Shown piece after piece: positions 60,339 to 64,000 of a DNA stretch of 64,000 nt. The notes beneath the pieces are model-generated. The model was given only the letters and a program-made list of their open reading frames with translations. It was not told where the DNA came from and did no database searches. The translations under genes and the position numbers were made by a program. Origin of the DNA: an uncultured Chitinophagales bacterium (GTDB lineage: Bacteria > Bacteroidota > Bacteroidia > Chitinophagales > BACL12); NCBI GenBank assembly GCA_964463165.1, contig CAYXBK010000010.1, positions 29,648 to 93,647 of the forward strand, in the 5' to 3' direction. Numbering within the stretch: position 1 is the first letter of the stretch; each line of letters opens with the position of its first letter.

Positions 60339-60795
60339 ACCATCTGTTATTATACTTTCCGGTCCTGTTCAATCAGGAAAAACGAGCGCCTTGCTCAAAT
60401 GGTGTGAAGACAGAAATGATGTGGATGGTATTATTTCGCCCGATATAAATGGTGTGAGATATTTCCTGCACATCAAAACAAAGGAATTATTTCTGATGGA
60501 AGCCGGAGAAGAAGAGGAAAATATTTTGCTGATCGGGAAATATACATTCAGCAAAACAGCATTTGAAAAGGCAGATCAGATATTGCGCAATGCAATGCTG
60601 TCGAAAATAAATTATATTGTAGTTGATGAAGTTGGCCCGCTTGAATTAAAAGGCGAAGGGTTTAGCGCAACGATTAAACAATTTCTTTCTGCTGCAACAC
60701 CCCTAAATATAATATTGGTGGTGCGGGCACATTTATTAGATCCGGCTCTGGAATATTTTGGTATCGATGCATACACGGATTTCGCCCAATTATAA
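60331..60795 (+). CDS. Small P-loop NTPase (THEP1/DUF2478-like)
   Basis: 154 aa. Walker A is SGPVQSGKTS and Walker B is YIVVDEVGPLE. Size and motif spacing resemble NTPase_1/THEP1-type proteins. Confidence 0.5.
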   Translation: MTKPSVIILSGPVQSGKTSALLKWCEDRNDVDGIISPDINGVRYFLHIKTKELFLMEAGEEEENILLIGKYTFSKTAFEKADQILRNAMLSKINYIVVDEVGPLELKGEGFSATIKQFLSAATPLNIILVVRAHLLDPALEYFGIDAYTDFAQL

Positions 60796-60860
60796 ACCGT
60801 AGTCCGGTTTTGAATTCTCCATAGTTTGTTTAATTTTAAATTCCACAAAAGCATACTACA

Positions 60861-61379
60861 ATGGAGCAAACTTACCTTATTATCCTGCGCCTGTTTCATA
60901 TTGCAACAGGTGTATTCTGGGCAGGCGGAATGATATACCTTGCCCGTTTTGTTCTTCCTGCTGCAAAGGCATTAGGACCCGAAGGCGGAAAATTTATGTC
61001 CCAATTATCCATGACCAATAATCTGCCGGTCGTTATGATGGTTTCAGCAACACTGAACATTCTTTCCGGTGTATTATTATTCTGGAAAATAAGCAATGGA
61101 TTTTCATCCGATTGGATGGGCTCATCATTTGGCGCAACATTAAGCCTCGGAGGTTTAATTGCAATAATTGCTTATACGATCGGGATGACAGTGAATCGTC
61201 CCGCTACTTTTAAAATCGCTGCAATTTCAAAACAAATTGCTGCAGCGGGTGGAGTTCCCACACCGGAACAGATTGCCATTTTAAATGCAACCCGTATGAA
61301 ACTGGTGAAGGCAACAAATTTAGTTGCAACACTCCTGGCGGTTACAGTCATTTGTATGGCTGTTGCGAGATATATGTAA
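60861..61379 (+). CDS. Hypothetical 4-TM membrane protein
   Basis: 172 aa with four hydrophobic segments (HIATGVFWAGGMIYL...). No family recognised. Confidence 0.45.
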   Translation: MEQTYLIILRLFHIATGVFWAGGMIYLARFVLPAAKALGPEGGKFMSQLSMTNNLPVVMMVSATLNILSGVLLFWKISNGFSSDWMGSSFGATLSLGGLIAIIAYTIGMTVNRPATFKIAAISKQIAAAGGVPTPEQIAILNATRMKLVKATNLVATLLAVTVICMAVARYM

Positions 61380-61385
61380 AAGTAT

Positions 61386-63254
61386 TTACATCATCTCCAC
61401 ACTTCTCTTTACAAATGCCGTGAGGTCTGCTCCTTTCAGCATACCCTGGGATAATAATGCGAGGTCGTGTAATTGTTTTACAGAAATATCTTTTTGCACA
61501 TCATCCTCTTTTAATATTTTATTTATGAGAGGATGATTTGTATTTACAACAAGATTGTATTGATCAGGCATGGATGCAGCGAAATCCATTCCGTTCATAT
61601 AGCTCATTTCTTTCATGCGGCGCATAAATTCGGGTTTTGTTATATATACAGGCGCATCATCCGGAGATAGCGGTGTAAGCATAACGGTTGCCGCATTCTG
61701 ATCAATTACTTTCTCAAATAATTCTTTCACATTGCTTTGTTCCGTTTCACTTAAAACAGATTCAATTTTTTCATCCTTGTCTATTAATTTATCCGCCGTA
61801 TCAGAATCAACACGCTTGAAATGCATGCCGGTTAATTTCTGCTCGAGAAATGAAATGAGATGATTATCGATCACATTGTCAATTTCCAGAACATCATATC
61901 CTTTACTTTTTGCAGCATCCACATACACATGATGATCGGTGATATTATTCGTGTAAAGCGCTGTTACCTGATTCGATTTATCGGTTTGATTTAATTGAAT
62001 ATGCTCTTTATATTCATCAAATGTGAAATATTTTTTATCGGTATTTTGCAACAAGCAGAATTGTTTTGCCTTATCGAAAAATTTCTCATCGCTCAGCATA
62101 CCGTATTTAATGATCACAGAAATGTTTTCCCATTTACTTTCGAAATCGGCCCTGTCCTTTTTAAATAATTCTTCCAGTTTTTCGCCTACTTTTTTTGTGA
62201 TATAGCTGTTGATCTTTTTTACATTCTGGTCGCTTTGCAAATATGATCTTGAAACATTGAGCGGAATATCAGGTGAATCAATTACACCGTGCAATAATGT
62301 GAGCCATTCCGGTACGATTTCCTTTACTTCATCAGTTACAAATACCTGGTTGGAATATAATTGAATTTTGTTTTTCTGTATTTCGTAACTCTTTTTGATC
62401 TTGGGGAAATAAAGAATGCCTGTCAGTACGAAAGGATAATCCACGTTCAGATGAATATTGAACATGGGTGTTTCACTGAAAGGATATAATTCATTATAAA
62501 AATTTTTATAATCTTCTTCGGAAAGCTCGGTCGGTTTTTTTGTCCATGCAGGAGATGTATTGTTTATAATATCCGGCACCTGTATTTTTTCTTCTTTGCC
62601 TTCCTCTTCTCCGGGCATCGTTTCTTCTTTTTCGCCGAACTGAATTTCAACAGGAAGGAATTTGCAGTATTTCGTGAGCAATGCACGGATCCTGGTTTCT
62701 TCCAAAAATTCTTCGCTTTCTTCAGCAACAGTTAAAATAATATCTGTGCCTCTTGATGCTTTCTCCCAATTTTCGAGGGTGTATTCCGGGCTGCCATCAC
62801 AAGTCCATTTTACAGATGGCTCGGACATGCGGAATGATTTGGAAATCAATTCCACTTTTTCGGCAACCATGAATGCGGAATAAAATCCAAGCCCGAAATG
62901 GCCGATTATTGTTTTTCCATCTTCAACACCTTTGTATTTATCAAGAAATTCCTGCGCACTTGAAAACGCTACCTGGTTGATATACTTTTTCACTTCTTCC
63001 GCACTCAAACCAATTCCTTTGTCAGAAATTGTAATTGTTTTACCCGGTTTGTCTACACGCACTTCAATATGCACATCTCCAAGCTCACCTTCAACTTCAC
63101 CCAGCGATGCGAGTTTTTTTAATTTCTGTGTGGCATCCACAGCATTGGAAATCAGTTCACGGAGGAAGATCTCGTGATCGCTGTAGAGGAATTTTTTAAT
63201 GATGGGGAATATATTTTCGGTTTGAACGGCTATGGTTCCGGTTTCGACAGACAT
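61386..63254 (-). CDS. htpG: Molecular chaperone HtpG (Hsp90)
   Basis: 622 aa with FLRELISNAVDA, GHFGLGFYSAFMVA and the full Hsp90 architecture. Confidence 0.95.
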   Translation of the reverse strand: MSVETGTIAVQTENIFPIIKKFLYSDHEIFLRELISNAVDATQKLKKLASLGEVEGELGDVHIEVRVDKPGKTITISDKGIGLSAEEVKKYINQVAFSSAQEFLDKYKGVEDGKTIIGHFGLGFYSAFMVAEKVELISKSFRMSEPSVKWTCDGSPEYTLENWEKASRGTDIILTVAEESEEFLEETRIRALLTKYCKFLPVEIQFGEKEETMPGEEEGKEEKIQVPDIINNTSPAWTKKPTELSEEDYKNFYNELYPFSETPMFNIHLNVDYPFVLTGILYFPKIKKSYEIQKNKIQLYSNQVFVTDEVKEIVPEWLTLLHGVIDSPDIPLNVSRSYLQSDQNVKKINSYITKKVGEKLEELFKKDRADFESKWENISVIIKYGMLSDEKFFDKAKQFCLLQNTDKKYFTFDEYKEHIQLNQTDKSNQVTALYTNNITDHHVYVDAAKSKGYDVLEIDNVIDNHLISFLEQKLTGMHFKRVDSDTADKLIDKDEKIESVLSETEQSNVKELFEKVIDQNAATVMLTPLSPDDAPVYITKPEFMRRMKEMSYMNGMDFAASMPDQYNLVVNTNHPLINKILKEDDVQKDISVKQLHDLALLSQGMLKGADLTAFVKRSVEMM

Positions 63255-63389
63255 GGAATTATTTTTAAACCGCAGTTTTCAAATGATGTGCCATCGGGGT
63301 TTGTCTGACAAATTGACGCTGTGCCTTATATTCCAACCCTTTGGCGGGCAATTTTTCTTATTTTTACAGCAATCCGTTTTACTGCACCA

Positions 63390-64000
63390 ATGACTTCCTC
63401 ACATAAGAATCTCTCAAAGAATGAAGTGATCAGGAAGATCGACCAGCTCCTTCACACATCGTGGGATCTTGTGTCGAAACGCAATACGGAAATCAAAGAA
63501 CTTTCAGAAGAAGCATATCAACTTGCAAAATCCATTCAGGATAAAAATTATATGGGGCTTGCGAAAATGGAGCTGGGTTTATTCGAATGCCTTGTAAATA
63601 ATAATTATTACCAGTCGATCAAATTATGCGATGAGGCATTCGGCATGTTGCGGAATAATTTCAGAAAAAAATATGAGCCCTATTATCATTTAAATCTCGG
63701 AAGAAATTATCATTTTATCGGCGATAATGAATTAACGCAAAAACATTATATCAAAGCGATCAATTTACTTGAGCAGGAAAAAGAAATTGATATGTATGAA
63801 AGACGATGGCTTGCACATGCGTATTACAATATTTTTATTTTATTCAATTCGCAGGGCGTGGAGTTTTCGATGGAAGAATATTTAAACAAAGCGCTGGAAC
63901 AATATCAGATCATCGGAGATAAAAGCGGGATTGCAAATTGTTTTAATAGCTATGCAGTGTATTTTCATAAGCAAAAGCAATATGATAAAGCACTGGAGCA
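63390..64000 (+). CDS. TPR-like repeat protein, 3'-truncated by the window edge (possibly the sensor region of a signalling protein)
   Basis: I translated it by hand from ATG 63390 (MTSSHKNLSKNEVIRKIDQLL...). The frame stays open to nt 64000. It shows repeated TPR-like helices (YMGLAKMELGLFE, YHLNLGRNYHFIGD, IANCFNSYAVYFHKQKQYDKA). It is absent from the ORF track because there is no stop inside the window. Confidence 0.6.
   Translation, partial: MTSSHKNLSKNEVIRKIDQLLHTSWDLVSKRNTEIKELSEEAYQLAKSIQDKNYMGLAKMELGLFECLVNNNYYQSIKLCDEAFGMLRNNFRKKYEPYYHLNLGRNYHFIGDNELTQKHYIKAINLLEQEKEIDMYERRWLAHAYYNIFILFNSQGVEFSMEEYLNKALEQYQIIGDKSGIANCFNSYAVYFHKQKQYDKALE

Overview
The window is a 64-kb chromosomal segment that looks like Bacteroidota. 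It has sprA, proteins with T9SS type A and type B C-terminal sorting domains, TAnnTTTG-type promoter boxes, and compact, often overlapping genes. I saw no rRNA, CRISPR array, transposase, integrase or phage genes.

Layout:
- 1-24.7 kb: housekeeping and envelope genes. These are sprA (5' partial), a T9SS cargo protein, gcvH-vanZ, a TonB-like protein, a TPR protein, a zeaxanthin-type carotenoid operon (DUF4286-crtI-crtB-lycopene cyclase-crtZ), an ABC-2 exporter pair, a WecD-like GNAT coupled to a cytochrome b5-like gene, a PfkB kinase, tRNA-Asn(GTT), a roughly 1040-aa repeat adhesin with a T9SS type B domain, and uvrA.
- 24.8-55.6 kb: one co-directional minus-strand polysaccharide locus of about 31 kb and 27 genes. 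It runs from an HTH regulator through a nonulosonic-acid module, an Fdt/Qdt-like 3-amino-3,6-dideoxyhexose module, wzx, 8-9 glycosyltransferase-like genes, wzy, a WecB/bi-domain oxidoreductase/heparinase II-III-like/WbuB-like block and a bacillosamine-like module with a phosphoglycosyltransferase-GNAT fusion, to wza and wzc.
- 55.6-64 kb: kdsA, ridA, small hypothetical genes, a sulfite-oxidase-like Mo-enzyme divergent from a membrane protein/P-loop NTPase pair, htpG, and a 3'-truncated TPR protein.

The most unusual signal is non-coding. Three intergenic gaps carry the same strictly 7-nt-periodic element: a purine-rich heptamer array, the core GCTG(G)CGCAGCAAC, then an (NNNGAAC)n array. All three copies have the same orientation relative to the flanking co-directional genes. 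I do not recognise it as a described repeat family. The remaining findings are gene-content oddities inside the polysaccharide locus and a few structured or palindromic sites. All functional calls rest on motif recognition by eye, with no database search.
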